From an uncultured Actinomycetes bacterium (lineage in GTDB: Bacteria; Actinomycetota; UBA4738; HRBIN12), in assembly GCA_963777495.1 (NCBI GenBank), contig CAVZQM010000004.1, positions 426,715-490,714 on the forward strand: 64,000 bases of DNA, written 5' to 3'. This document shows, one piece after another, positions 9,433 to 21,065 of the stretch. Made by a program: the position numbers and the translations under genes. Within the stretch, counting starts at the first letter, position 1, and the number at the start of each line of letters is the position of its first letter. The notes below the pieces were generated by a model, which saw only the letters and a program-made list of their open reading frames with translations, made no database searches and was not told where the DNA came from.

Positions 9433-12140
9433 CTACGAGATGTTCCAACCCCGGGACACCGTGGCGGATTGATTCCCGGCCGCGTCCACCGCGTACACCG
9501 CGAACGTATGCGCACCGCTTGAGAGGTCTGCGAAGCGGATCGGCGACTTGCAGGTCGTGAACTGCACGTCATCGAGCGAACACCACAGGCGACCCTTCTC
9601 GTTCTGCGCGACGCTGAACGTCACCTCACCCGCACCGGCGGTCGACCCCTCGGCCGGACCACCCAGCAGGCTCAGCACGGGCGCGGTGCGGTCGATCCTC
9701 CACACGTAGCGAACCGGGAGCGAGCGGTTGTACGCGAGGTCGACCGACCAGACCGTGAACGAGTGGCGGCCCTCCTTCAAACCGTAGAAGTTGGGCGCCC
9801 CGAAACACGTCATCGGGACGCCGCCGTCCAGGCTGCACCCGAAGAAGCCCGGACCCTCGTTCGACCAGAGATTGAAGGCGGCCACGGCGTCTGATGACAG
9901 CTTCCGGGGGAAGTCCAGGATCGCCGACCTGAGGGATGACGCGATCGACCATCCACTGGTAGTCGGTGATTCCGACGTTCCCCGCCGGGTCGGTGGCCTT
10001 GACGGTCAGCGTGTGATCGCCCGCGCGCACCCGCGGCAAGCGGAGACTGCCGCCGGAACATCCGACGACCTTTCCATCGACCGAGCAGGTCGTTGAACCG
10101 GCGATCGACTCTTGCGCCTCGAAGCGGAAGACCGCGGAATCCCGGCGCGTGTTGACGGCCGGCGCGGTGGAGAACATGACGGTCGGACCGGTGTTGTCCA
10201 CGCGGAAGAACCATCCGTCGGAAGGCTCGACTGACCTCGTCGCTCGAGCCTCGTGCCCGGACATCGAACCGATAGTTGCCATCGGCCAGCTCGGCATAGG
10301 ACGCACCCGATGCGGCGCACGGCGCCCACGGCACGACTTCGCCCTCCGGGACCAGGCGGCACTGGAAGGCGACGCTCGCGGATGCGCTGTGGTACGTGAA
10401 CGCGGCGTCCCTCGAGGCGCCCGAGGCGCCCGGATGGGTCGACGAGGGAGACATCGGGCCCCGTCGCGGTCAACGTGAAGCGGCGCACGGCCGGCGTGGG
10501 ATCGATGCGACCGCTCTCCGAGATGCCGGCGACCTCGAATCGATAATCCCCGTCGGCAAGCCCGCTGAACGCGGCGAACCCACCGGGGCACGAACGCCAC
10601 GGCGCAGGCTTGCCGTCGCGGACGAGGCGACACCGATACGTCGCGAAGCGGGACGGAGAGAAGAACGAGAACTCGGCGACCCTCGATGTGGCCGCCCCGC
10701 TGGGACCGGTCGCGATCGTGGTCTGCAACCGAAGACGCAGGAGCGAACGGAGCTTCGACTCCATCATCCGTCGCAGGTTGGCGCTTCCCGGGTTCCTGGA
10801 GAGATCGCGGAACTCGTACGGGTCCTTCTTCAGATCGATGAGCTGACGTGAGCCATCGTCGAACTCCACGTACTTGTAGCGTTCGGTGATGACCCCTTGG
10901 AACCCCGGAGTCATGACCCGTGCGCCGTTGGTCGAGTAGCCCGAGCAGTCCGGTATGCCGCGGGACGCGCCCCGGCAATGCTCGATGAGCGCGGCCGTTC
11001 GGACGGTGCGTTTCTTCCGCTCGAGGACCGGGAGGAACGACTGGCCATCTCCCCCCCACGGCACACCCATGACGTCGAAGATGGTCGCGGCCAGGTCCAC
11101 GTTCTGGACGAGCGCGTCGCTCGCGAACGAGCGGTCCGCCGGAAGCGCCGCGGGGTACCTGACGACCATGGGTACCTTGACGGACTCCTCCCACGGATCG
11201 TTCTTGCCCGTCCGGCGGTGCTCGCCGTAGAGGAATCCATTGTCGGAGATGTAGATCACGATCGTGTCCTGGGCCCGGTCGCCGAGCGACCCGACCAGCC
11301 TGCCGACCGCGTCGTCGAACGATCGCGTCGCGTGCGCCATCAACGTGTAGTGCTCGTCGGATTCGCGATCTCTTCCTTCGTGAGCGGGGGCCGGCGCGCG
11401 TACTGGGGCGTAGCCGGCGACATGGTGTTCGCGTCGTAGGCCGGCCCTCGCGGTGGGGAGACGGGCATGGACGCGTACCGGGGGTCGTCGGCAGGAAGGT
11501 GGGGCGTGGTTGGCGAGAACATCACGAAGAACGGCTGATCCGCGGGCGTGGCCTTGATGAAGTCCGAGGCCATCTCTTCCAGCACGTCCGGCTCGTATCC
11601 GGTCTTGGTCTGCCAGACGCCGTCGACGTTCACGACGGGATCGACGAGCGACAACGAGGAAATCTCGGGTGTAGCCACGCACGCCCATCCGTCGAACTCA
11701 GGGCGGGGGATGCACGGAGAACTGTTCATGTACTTGCCCGCGAGCATGGTGCGGTACCCGCGGTCGTGGAGCGCCATCGGCATGGTCGGGCGGGTCAGCA
11801 CGACCTCGTTCTGATCCACTCCGGTGTTGTGCTCGTACAAGCCTGAGAGGATCTGCGCCCGCGAGGGACAGCAGAGCGACGTGTTCACGTACGCCCGCTT
11901 GAACAGCACGCCTTGGTCCACCAACTGGTCGTACACGCTGGGCATCAGCTCTCGAGAGAACGTCGACCACGCCTGGTCATCGCTGACGATCAGCAGCACA
12001 TTCGGTTGCGCGGCCGTGGCCGCGGCCCCGCTCGGGGCGGCACCCCCAGCGAGCGCCGGAGCACCGGTCGTCGCGAGCGGAAGCAGCGCGCAGAGCATCG
12101 CGACGCTGACCAGCCCGATACGTGCCTTGTTTCCCCTCAT
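9433..12140 (-). pseudogene. Type I sulfatase fused to C-terminal Ig-like repeat array; at least 4 frameshifts as sequenced
   Basis: Signal peptide MRGNKARIGLVSVAMLCALLPLA, followed by PNVLLIVSDDQAWSTF...LCCPSRAQILSG (CxPxR formylglycine motif). The reading frame switches at about 11370, 10450, 10230 and 9890. All pieces are colinear with the near-intact paralog at 40375-43103. Confidence 0.85.
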
Positions 12141-12209
12141 CCCACTGGGTTGTCGGCCGGCAACGGCCCGGACTTCAGTCCGATGGACAGAACGGGTGGT
12201 CACAACGGG

Positions 12210-12590
12210 CTACTCGGGGGTGGTTCGACCGGTAGCGTCGACGACCGCTCGGGCCCGCGCGGTGACGGTCCTTGCGCCCGTGACCAGCAGGAACCCGTCG
12301 ACCACGATGGACACGGTCACGACGGCATCGGTCGTCCCGGCGGCGCAGATGCAATCGTCCAAGATCGCGTCGTTGTGCGCGGCATACGTGGCGGCGATCT
12401 CCGCGGGATCCGCACCGGAGGGCAGCGCCAACTCCTGGGCGGCCGCGAGCGCGGCGGCGTCGGCGGCGGTCCGGGCGTGGCTGCGTGCGACCACGACCCG
12501 CGCCACGTCGGTCAGCCCCACCGACACGACCAGCACGAGGAGCACGACCGCGGCGATCACCACCGAGACGGACCCGCGCTCGTTCCTCAC
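12210..12590 (-). CDS. TadE-like protein (Rv3654c-type, helicase/secretion-neighbourhood family)
   Basis: The GTG start overlaps the upstream stop (GTGA) and is preceded by AGGAG. The N-terminal hydrophobic segment is GSVSVVIAAVVLLVLVVSVG, and the gene occupies the last position of the Tad operon. Confidence 0.65.
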   Translation of the reverse strand: MRNERGSVSVVIAAVVLLVLVVSVGLTDVARVVVARSHARTAADAAALAAAQELALPSGADPAEIAATYAAHNDAILDDCICAAGTTDAVVTVSIVVDGFLLVTGARTVTARARAVVDATGRTTPE

Positions 12591-12994
12591 GCGAACTCCT
12601 GTCGGTCGGTGGCGGACGCGTCGAGGTGGATGGACGACCCGAAGAGCCACCCGATCAGCGGCACGTGCACGACCTCCTGGTAGCTGATGGACACCGTGAC
12701 CGGGTCGCCCTGGGTTCCCACGCGGGTGACCTGCACCGTCGTGAGCGTCGGCTCGAGGTCGGGGGCGGCGGCGAGTGCCGCCGCCCGCACCGCGCCCTCG
12801 TCGGCCTCGACCGCGGCGGTGCGCGCCCCGGCGCGCGCCGCCGCTTCGATCAACAACCGGTCGCGAACGAGCAGGCCGACCTGGACGAGCGACAGAACGA
12901 CCACCAGCACCAGGGGCAGCACGAGCGCGAACTCGACGACCGCACTGCCGACGTGACCGTGGTCGCTCCGAGCCCGGTCAGGCCGCGTCGGCAT
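12587..12994 (-). CDS. tadE: TadE-family pseudopilin/assembly protein
   Basis: The motif GSAVVEFALVLPLVLVVVLSLVQVG is typical of the TadE N-terminus. Confidence 0.7.
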   Translation of the reverse strand: MPTRPDRARSDHGHVGSAVVEFALVLPLVLVVVLSLVQVGLLVRDRLLIEAAARAGARTAAVEADEGAVRAAALAAAPDLEPTLTTVQVTRVGTQGDPVTVSISYQEVVHVPLIGWLFGSSIHLDASATDRQEFA

Positions 12995-13184
12995 TCCCGG
13001 TGACGTTGTCGATGATGTGGTCGAAGAACGCCGGCAGCGTCCCGGACGAGCGCGCCCAGGCGATCAGCACGACGGCAACGGCGGCCGCGGCGAGGATCAC
13101 CAACGCGTACTCGGCGGTCGTCTGGCCCTCTTCGCGGGTCAGCCGTCCCCGCGCGTGGAACAGCATGGAGAGCAGCAACAGCAT
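12978..13184 (-). CDS. Flp-like / DUF4244 small pilin-like protein
   Basis: 68 aa. The motif GQTTAEYALVILAAAAVAVVL resembles the Flp prepilin G/xxxxEY processing motif followed by a hydrophobic helix. It sits between tadC and tadE. Confidence 0.65.
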   Translation of the reverse strand: MLLLLSMLFHARGRLTREEGQTTAEYALVILAAAAVAVVLIAWARSSGTLPAFFDHIIDNVTGNADAA

Positions 13185-13197
13185 CGTTCACCTCCTC

Positions 13198-13949
13198 TCA
13201 GCTGATGGACTGCACGGTGGTGAGGAGCACGGGCACCACCGTGAGGAGGAGGAACGCGGGGAGGACGAGGAACACGAGCGGGAACAGCATCTTCACCGGC
13301 GCGGTCCGGGCGCGCTCCATGACGGCGCGACCGGCGTGCGGCGCGAACGGAAGCCGCGAGCTCGGCGGTGGAGTCGGCGAGGGACGCCCCGAGCGTCTCC
13401 GTCCGGGCAGAGGGCCGCCACGGTTCGCCGGAGGTCCGGGAGCTCGAGGCGGTCGGCGACGGCGGCGAGCTCGTCGCGCCACCGCGCGCCGAGGTCGACC
13501 GCATCGAGCGCCTCCGACAGCTCCGCCGCCAGCGGACCTCCGAGAGCGACCACCGCACGCCGAAGTGCGAGCTGGGCCGAGAGTCCGGCCGACGACGCGG
13601 CGGCGAGGAGGTCGAGCAGTTGCGGGAGCTGGGCGTCCATCGCCCTGCGCCGGCCGCGTGAAGCGCGCCGCTCAAGGAGGATCGGCATGCGGAAGCCGAC
13701 GAGGGCCAGCAGCGGCGTCAGGTAGATGCCCGGCCGAGGAAGCACGATCCCGAGCAGGAAGCCACCGACCGCACCGAGACGCTGCGCCGAGGCGGCAGAC
13801 AGTGGGACCCGACGGCTCCGTTCGGGTCGCGCCGCAGGCGCGACGAGTCCATCCACGACGCTGCGCTCCGCGGCGAACGACACCCCGAGCGTCGCGACGA
13901 GGACCGCGGCCGCCGACACCAGCGGACCGAGCCACGATGCGGCGTTCAC
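13198..13949 (-). pseudogene. tadC: TadC (type II secretion system F-family membrane protein), at least 2 frameshifts
   Basis: The GTG start overlaps the tadB stop. The pieces ...QLLDLLAAASSAGLSAQLALRRAV..., ...RTETLGASLADSTAELAAS... and ...AVMERARTAPVKMLFPLVFLVLPAFLLLTVVPVL lie in three different frames. Confidence 0.7.
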
Positions 13950-14765
13950 GTGACGGCCAGGAGCGGATCGGATCCACAGGAACGCCACGCCCTCGAGCGT
14001 GAGACCGACGACGACCGCCCCGATGCCGATCGGCGAATCGAACGCGCCTTCGATGTTGCCGCGCGACGTCATCCAGAGGAACGCGAAGAAGCCGATGGGC
14101 AGCAACCCGAGGATGGCGCCGGAGAGTCTCGCCTGCGCGGTGAGCGCTCGGACCTCGCGTGCCGCGGAACGCCGTTCCCGGAGCGTCATCGGCAACCTGG
14201 TCGAGGACGTGCGGCAGGTCGCCGCCGCTCCGCCGGTGCAGTCCGAGCACGCCGACGACGAGCCTGGCATCGTCGGACCCGACGTCCTCGGCCCACGCTT
14301 CCAGGGCATCCTCGAGACCGCCTCCGAGGCCGACGCTGTCCACGACCCGCTGCGAGCGCGGTCGCCAGAGGCGGCTCGCCCTCCTTCGAAGCGAACGCGA
14401 TCGCCTGCGGGACCGACAGCCCGGCGCGCATCCCGGCGGCGAGCGATCGGACGGCGTCGGCGAGGTGTTCGTCGAGCGCGGCCGTCAGCCGGGCATCGGC
14501 GCCGGCGCTGCCACGCGGTCGTGCCGAGCCGGACGGCCAGGAAGCCCACCACGGCTGCGACGGGTCCCGACACGAACCAGCCGACGAGCGCTCCGACGCC
14601 CGGCCACCACCGCCAGCCGATCTCCGGGATCGCCGGCCGAACGACGCTCCGCGACCGGCGCGACGATGGCGCGATCCGAAGGTTCGCATCGGCACGGGCG
14701 GTGTTCGCGACCGCGAGGGCCGCCAACAGGCCCGCGACGATGATCGACACCGACGCTGCGATCAT
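13946..14765 (-). pseudogene. tadB: TadB (T2SS F-family membrane protein), at least 3 frameshifts
   Basis: The ATG overlaps the tadA stop (ATGA). The pieces MIAASVSIIVAGLLAALAV.., ..LADAVRSLAAGMRAGLSVPQAIAFA.., ..LEDALEAWAEDVGSDDARLVVGVLGLHRRSGGDLPHVLD.. and ..REVRALTAQARLSGAILGLLPIGFFAFLW.. lie in different frames. Confidence 0.7.
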
Positions 14766-16020
14766 GCGATCGGCTCCCGCGGCGAACAGCTCGGCCTCCG
14801 ACCGGCTCGCCCCGGTTCGCGAACGTGCCGAGGATCTCCGGGACGGCACCCGTGGCGTCGAAGCCACCCGTGGTGCCCCTCTCGAGGCCGGAACCGGAAC
14901 AGCGGCGTGACGACGGGTTCACCTCGATGGGTGCCCTCGATCGCGGCGATCTCCCACACGACTCGACGCCCGTCCTCGGAGCCGTGCGAGCTGCACGATC
15001 ACGTCCACCGCGGCACACACCTGGGTGCGGATGTGCGCGGCGGGGAGGTCGACGTCCGACATCATCGCCATCGTCTCCAGACGCCAGAGCAGGTGCCGTG
15101 TGGAGTTCGCGTGTGCGGTCGAGAGCGATCCCTCGTGCCCCGTGTTCATCGCCTGGAGCATGTCGAGCGCCTCGCCGCCGCGGACCTCGCCGACGATGAT
15201 CCGGTCGGGTCGCATGCGAAGCGCGTTGCGCACCAGGTCGCGGACCGTCACCTCACCCCGGCCCTCGACGTTGGCCGGCCGCGCCTCGAGCGAGACGACG
15301 TGCGGCTTGGCCAGCCGCAGCTCCGCGGCGTCCTCGATCGTGATGAGCCGCTCGTCGTCGGGGATGAACGCCGACAGGATGCCGAGCATCGTGGTCTTGC
15401 CCGGTCCCCGCGCCGCCGGACACGATCACGTTGGCCCGACCGCGCACGCAATGCGTCGAGGAACGCGCAGCATCCTCGGGCCCACGCTGCCCCTCGCGAC
15501 CAGGTCCTCCGCGGTGATGGGCACCGGCGAGAACTTCCGGATCGTCAACGCAGGACCGCGGAGCGAGAGAGGCGGGATGATCGCGTGGACTCGGCTGCCC
15601 TCCGGTAGTCGCGCGTCCGCCCAAGGCGATGATTCGTCGACCCGAAGACCCAACGGTCCCACGATGCGTTCGATCAGATGCAGGACGGCCTCCTCCCCCT
15701 CGAATAAGCCGTCAGGCGCCCGTCTCGATCCGCCCCTCCCGCTCCACGTACACGTCGTCGGCACCGTTCACCATGACCTCGGTGACCTCCGGGTCCTTCA
15801 ACAGGAACTCGATCGGTCCGAACCCGACGACCTCATCCGAAACCTCGTTCACCATCCGCGTCAGCTCGCGCTGAGGAAGGATGGCGCCACTCGCGCGGAG
15901 CAATGCGAGCGCTTCTTCGCGCACCCGGAGTCGCCGCTCGGTGCGCGGCGCGGTCGCGAGCCCGCGCGCATCGACGCGGTCGCGGAGTTGTTCCCGCAAC
16001 TGGCGTCGCACGATGTCCAT
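14762..16020 (-). pseudogene. tadA: TadA/CpaF secretion ATPase, at least 4 frameshifts
   Basis: The sequence ...VTEVMVNGADDVYVEREGRIE.., ..DARLPEGSRVHAIIPPLSLRGPALTIRKF.., Walker A region [18 protein letters not shown] (one extra base at about 15409), ..[14 protein letters not shown]...[39 protein letters not shown].. is spread over three frames. Confidence 0.85.
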
Positions 16021-16309
16021 GCTCACCGCGGCACCCGAACGTCGTCGTCCGCGTCGCGGCGGCGTACCGTGATCGCCTCGCCCATCTGCCTTGCCTTCCT
16101 CACCGGTACCACGAGGGGAAGGCACGACCGGGGAAGCACGGAGGGAGAGGTCCGTCGGGCGGAGCGGGGACTCCGTTCGACGGAGCCGCACAGTACCGCG
16201 GGGGTTCGATCGGAACCATCCCCAGACCGGCGGATTCTCTCTGGCGCGGGAGTGATGCGCAGGGGTCAGAAGGGGTGAGACGACGTGACCGGGGCTACTC
16301 CTTGAAGGG

Positions 16310-19300
16310 CTACTCCTTGAAGAAGAAGAACGGCTCCGCCAGGAACCGCCGGACAGGCGGAGCCTCGCCGCCGGCATCGGGCGCCGAGGGCACGACGACG
16401 ACGCTTCGACGCCGCCCGGCGAGACCGAGCGCGGCGAGACCGAGCAACGCCAGCCCGAGCATCCAACCCATCAGGCCCCGTGCTCCGGGGAACCCGGTGA
16501 ACGCGGTGCCGCCTCCCGGCGCCGACCCGTCTCCGCCACCGCCGCCGGAACCCACGCCTTCCTCCACCGCGATCGGGGCCGTGGCGGCATCGTCGTCGTC
16601 GGAGGGATCCGTCGGCACCATGGCCTCGACGCCGGCCCGGTTGACGATCGTCGTCCCCGCGGTCCCCTTGATCCACGCGGGCACGGATCCGGAGCCCGGC
16701 ACTCACGCCCACCGACAGCGGTCCCACCGTCCACTCTCCGGTCGCCTCGTCGTAGGAGCCCTGGGTCGTGGTGGCCGTGATGAACGTCAGCCCCGCCGGG
16801 AGCACGTCGACCACCAGGACGTCGGTCGCGTCGTCCGGACCTTCGTTCGTGACCGTCACGTCATAGGAGATCGCGTCGCCCTCCTGCGGTGACGCGTCGT
16901 CGACCGTCTTCGTGACGGCGAGATCGGCTTCGCCGATGGGTTCACCGATCGTGGTGGTTTGCGTCGCCACGTCGTTGGTGGTGTCCGTGTTCCCGACGCC
17001 CGACACCGTGGCCGTGTTGGTGACCATCCCGGCCGGGGTTCCCATCGGCACCGAGACCTGGATGGTCACGGTCCATGTGGCCCCGGCCGCGAGCGGGTCG
17101 ATGGTGCACATGACGGCGTTCAACGCGGCGACGCACGTGCCGGTCCCCGACGACGACGCCGCGGTCACGGTGAGGAGACCCGGGACGGGATCGGTCAGGA
17201 CGACGTCCTCGGCGTCGTCGAGACCGGCGTTCGTCACCGCGATCGTGTAGCTGAACGCGCTTCCCGGCAGCACCGGATCCGCCGAGTCGGTCTTGACGAT
17301 GGAGAGGTCCGCCGCGATCGGGTTGACCGTGTCGGTGTCCGATGCCGCGTTGTTGGCGAGGGCCGGGTCGGCGACCGGCGACGATGCGATCGCGATCGTG
17401 TTCACCAGGGTCGTCGACGGATACGCGGAGTCGATCGCGAGCGTCAGGTGGTAGACGATGGATGCGCCGCTGGCCAGCACGGCCGTCGTGGTGCACGTGA
17501 ACGTCGCCGCCGACACGCTGCAGTCGGCTTCGGACTCCGACGCGACGGTGTTCGCCGGGATGGCGTCGGTGAGCACGATCCCCGCGGGGACATCCGACGG
17601 TCCGTTGTTCGTCAGCGTCAGCGTGTAGACGGTCGAGGTTCCGGCGTCGACCGCCGCCACGCCGTCGGTCTTGGCGACCGACAGGTCGGCCGACACCACC
17701 ACGGTCGTCGGCTCGGTGTCGGCGTTGTTACCCGGCACCGGATCGGGGGTCGAGGAGCTGACCGTGGCCGTGTTCGAGATGACGCCGGTCGCGGTCGGCG
17801 TCACCACGATGGTGATCGTCGCCGTGGCGCCGGCGACGATCGTCCCGAGCGAGCACGTGACCGCCCCGGCGCAGCTCCCCTGGCTGGGCGTCGCCGACCC
17901 GAACGTCACCCCGGCCGGAAGCGTGTCGACGACCGACACCGATGTCGCATCGGACGGCCCGGCGTTCGTCACCGCCAGCGAGTAGGTGAGCGGCGCTCCG
18001 ACCGGCACCGGATCGGGCGCATCCGTCTTCACCACCGAGAGGTCGGCCGACGTCGTCACCGTGTCGACGTCGCCGGCCGAGTCGTTGCCGGGGTTCGGGT
18101 CCGGGTACGGCGAGGAGACGATGGAGGCCGTGTTCGCGAGCGTCGGGAACGCGTACCCGGACGACAGCGTGAGCGTGAGTTGGTACGACACGGAGCCGCC
18201 CGACACGATCGGCGACGACGTGGTGCAGGTGAAGACCCCGGCGGGGATCGCGCAGCCGGGCTCCGACTCCGAGCCCGTGGTTCCGGCGGGGATCGGATCG
18301 GAAACGATGACACCGGCGGGCACCGTCGAGGGGCCGTTGTTGGTGACCGAGATCGTGTACGTGGTCGACGTCCCGGCCACCACCGATGCCACGCCGTCCG
18401 ACTTGGTCACCGCCAGGTCCGCCGACCCGGCGATCGCGTCCGTGTCGCTCGCGGAGTCGTTGACGGGGAACGGGTCCGGGATCGTCGACGATGTCACGCT
18501 CGCCGTGTTCACGAGCGTCGCGCCGGGGTAGCCGGCATCGATGGCCAACGTCAGCTGGTACGACACCGATGCGCCCGAGGCGAGCGGTGCCGACGTCGTG
18601 CACGAGAACACGCTGGCAGCGATCGCGCAGTCGCCCTCCGACTCGGAGCCCACCGTGTTGGCCGGGATGCTGTCGGACACCACCGCGCCGGCCGGGACGG
18701 TGGTGGGCCCGAGGTTGGCCAACGTGATCGTGTACGTGGTGGAGGTTCCGGGGACGACGGTGGCCACACCGTCGGTCTTGGTTACCGCCAAGTCCCCGAC
18801 CGGCGTCACCAGCGTGCCCTCGGAGTCGGAGTCGTTGCCCGGGACCGGATCCGGGCTGGTGGCGGAGACCGTCGCCGTATCGGTGTAGAGACCTCCGGGG
18901 ATGAGCAGGTCCACGTCGACGGAGATGGTGATGACCCACGTGCTTCCCGCCGGCAGCGACGCGCGCGTGCAGGTCGCCACCTGACCGGCGAAGCCGCAGA
19001 CCCCCGCACCCGACGTGACGCTCGTGATCGTGAACCCGGCGGGGACCGTGTCGGAGACGGTGAGACCGGACGCGTCCGACGGTCCGTTGTTCGTCACCGT
19101 GAGCGTGTAGGTGAACGAGTCGCCCGGATCGACGGGGTCGGCAGAATCCGTCTTCGCGATCGACAGGTCGGCGGAGATCGTCACGGTGTCGATGTCGGTG
19201 GCCGAGTCGTTGGACGCATCCGGGTCCGGCACGGGCCACGACGTGATCGCGGCGGTGTTGGAGAGCGTCGCGAGCGCGTAGCTCGCGGGAACGGCGAGCG

Positions 19301-21012
19301 TGAGCTGATACATCACGGAGTCGCCGGATGCCAGGACCGCAGCGGTGGTGCACGTGAACACGCCCGCAGCGAGCGCACAGTCCGGCTCCGATTCGCTCGG
19401 CGTGACGCCGGCCGGGATGGTGTCGGTGATGACCACGCCCGCAGGCTCGTCGGTCGGTCCGTTGTTCGTGAGCGTGATCGAGTACGTCGTGGACGTCCCC
19501 GCCGTGACAGAGGCGACGCCGTCGGTCTTCGTGATCGCGAGGTCGGCCGACGGCACGATGGTGTCGGTGTCGGACGCGACTGACCTGCGCGAACGGGTTG
19601 CCGATCTGATCCGTGTAGTCGGCGGTCGCCGTGTTCACGATGCTGCCCGACGTCCCCTGGTTCACCCGAGCCGTGACGGTGAGCTGCGCGGCGTCGCCCG
19701 CCTCGATCCACCCGTTCTGCGTGAACGTGACGTCTCCCGAGCTATGCGAGCACCCCCACGTTCCCTGCGCGGGAACGGGCGAACCGCAGCCCAGGAAGGT
19801 GACGCCGGCCGGAAGCAGATCGTGGACGACGACGTTGTTCGCCGCCCCCGCGGTCGCACCGGTCGCGACGTTGTTCACGTCGATCGTGTACGTGATGGTC
19901 TGCCCGGGCGCGACGTCGGCCAGACCGTCGCTCTTCGCGATCGTGAGGGCGGGCGTCGGCGGCTGGACGTAGTACGCGGCACGCCCCGCCTCGCCTTCCT
20001 GGATGAACTGGTTCTGGTTCGAGATGCACGTCACGAACCGCCACCATCCGGACTCCGGCGTGGGGATGGTGTCGCCCACCCGGGTGGCGAGCGTGCCGCC
20101 GTTCCACTGTCCGTTGGTCGACAACGAGCCCGGGACCCCGCCGCTGCTCGCGGTCGGGTCGTACGTGGCGTCCGAAGGCGCGTAGTAGCGGACGCGGGTA
20201 TTGCCGTCCATGTCGAAGTTGTGAAACACGATCGACGCCTGCCCCGGGCTCACGTACTCGAAGAATGTCTGGCACGCCAGTGCCCCGCTGTCCTGCTGGA
20301 AGCTGGCCTGATCGAGACCCAGCGTGACCTCGTCGTTCGTCCCGATCAGGCCATCGGGGTTGTCGTAGTTGGCCGGCGGGGCGTTGGTGGGGTCGGGGTC
20401 CGAGTCCGTCCCGACGCGGATGCGCCAGCCGTTCTGGTCGTCGCCCGTGCCGGCGGGGTTCAGCGGATCGGCCGTGAGCACTTCCGTTCGAACCACGTAG
20501 TTGCCGCACGTGACCGGTGCCGCGAGCGTCGCGTAGCGGATCCACGCTTCGGCGACCCCTACGCCGCCAGGCTGATACGTCGTTCGCGTCCCGGCGATCC
20601 CCGTCCCCGCCGCAGGGCTGGCATAGCCGGGCCCGACCGTCGCCCCGGGCCCGTAGAGTTCGAACTGCGTCGAGTCATACGTCCCGTTGGGCTCCTCCGA
20701 CTGGGCGAGCGCCCCGGAGACCCGGTTCATCTCGGGACTGAAGAGGTCGACGTAGACGGGCAGGCCCCCGGGCCATCCGCACGGAACCGTGAATCGGATG
20801 TAGTGATAGCCGCCGCCGGCACCCGCGACGTTGGACGTGTACCAGTCGCCGAGCGTGACCAATCCGTTGGGGCCGTTCGTTTGGATCGCGAAGACGCTGG
20901 CATCCGGCGCCTCGACGGCCGAGGCCGACGGCACAACCACCAGGAGCGCACCGACGATCGTGGCGAGCACGGCGGTGGCGAACGCGCGCACGACGACAGA
21001 CGCCCGAGGCAT
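16310..21012 (-). pseudogene. Giant secreted DUF11-repeat adhesin with novel N-terminal domain and LAxTG-like C-terminal anchor; 2 frameshifts
   Basis: Signal peptide MPRASVVVRAFATAVLATIVGALLVVVPSASA, then about 400 aa that I cannot assign to a family. About 10 DUF11-type repeats follow (ADL.I.KTDG...G...TY.ITV.N.GPSD...V.D.IPAG...). The C-terminus reads GTAFTGFPGARGLMGWMLGLALLGLAALGLAGRRRS. The frame breaks at about 19578 and about 16664; each is repaired by removing one base. Confidence 0.85.
16640..19965 (-). repeat. Array of DUF11-type Ig-like coding repeats inside the adhesin gene
   Basis: Two alternating repeat subtypes of about 120-130 aa, each with two conserved Cys. They are visible in the 1096-aa ORF translation. 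Confidence 0.75.
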
Positions 21013-21065
21013 GAGCACGATCGATTCTCCCCCGGGAGCTGGGTGTTCCTTGGAGCGTTGTCCCT

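Noticed and set aside
9433-16020. Frameshifts considered as programmed ribosomal frameshifting or transcriptional slippage sites.
   Set aside because: There are too many per gene (up to 4-5), and both +1 and -1 events occur. I saw no slippery heptamer or downstream pseudoknot pattern, and the breaks fall inside conserved catalytic motifs such as the tadA Walker A.
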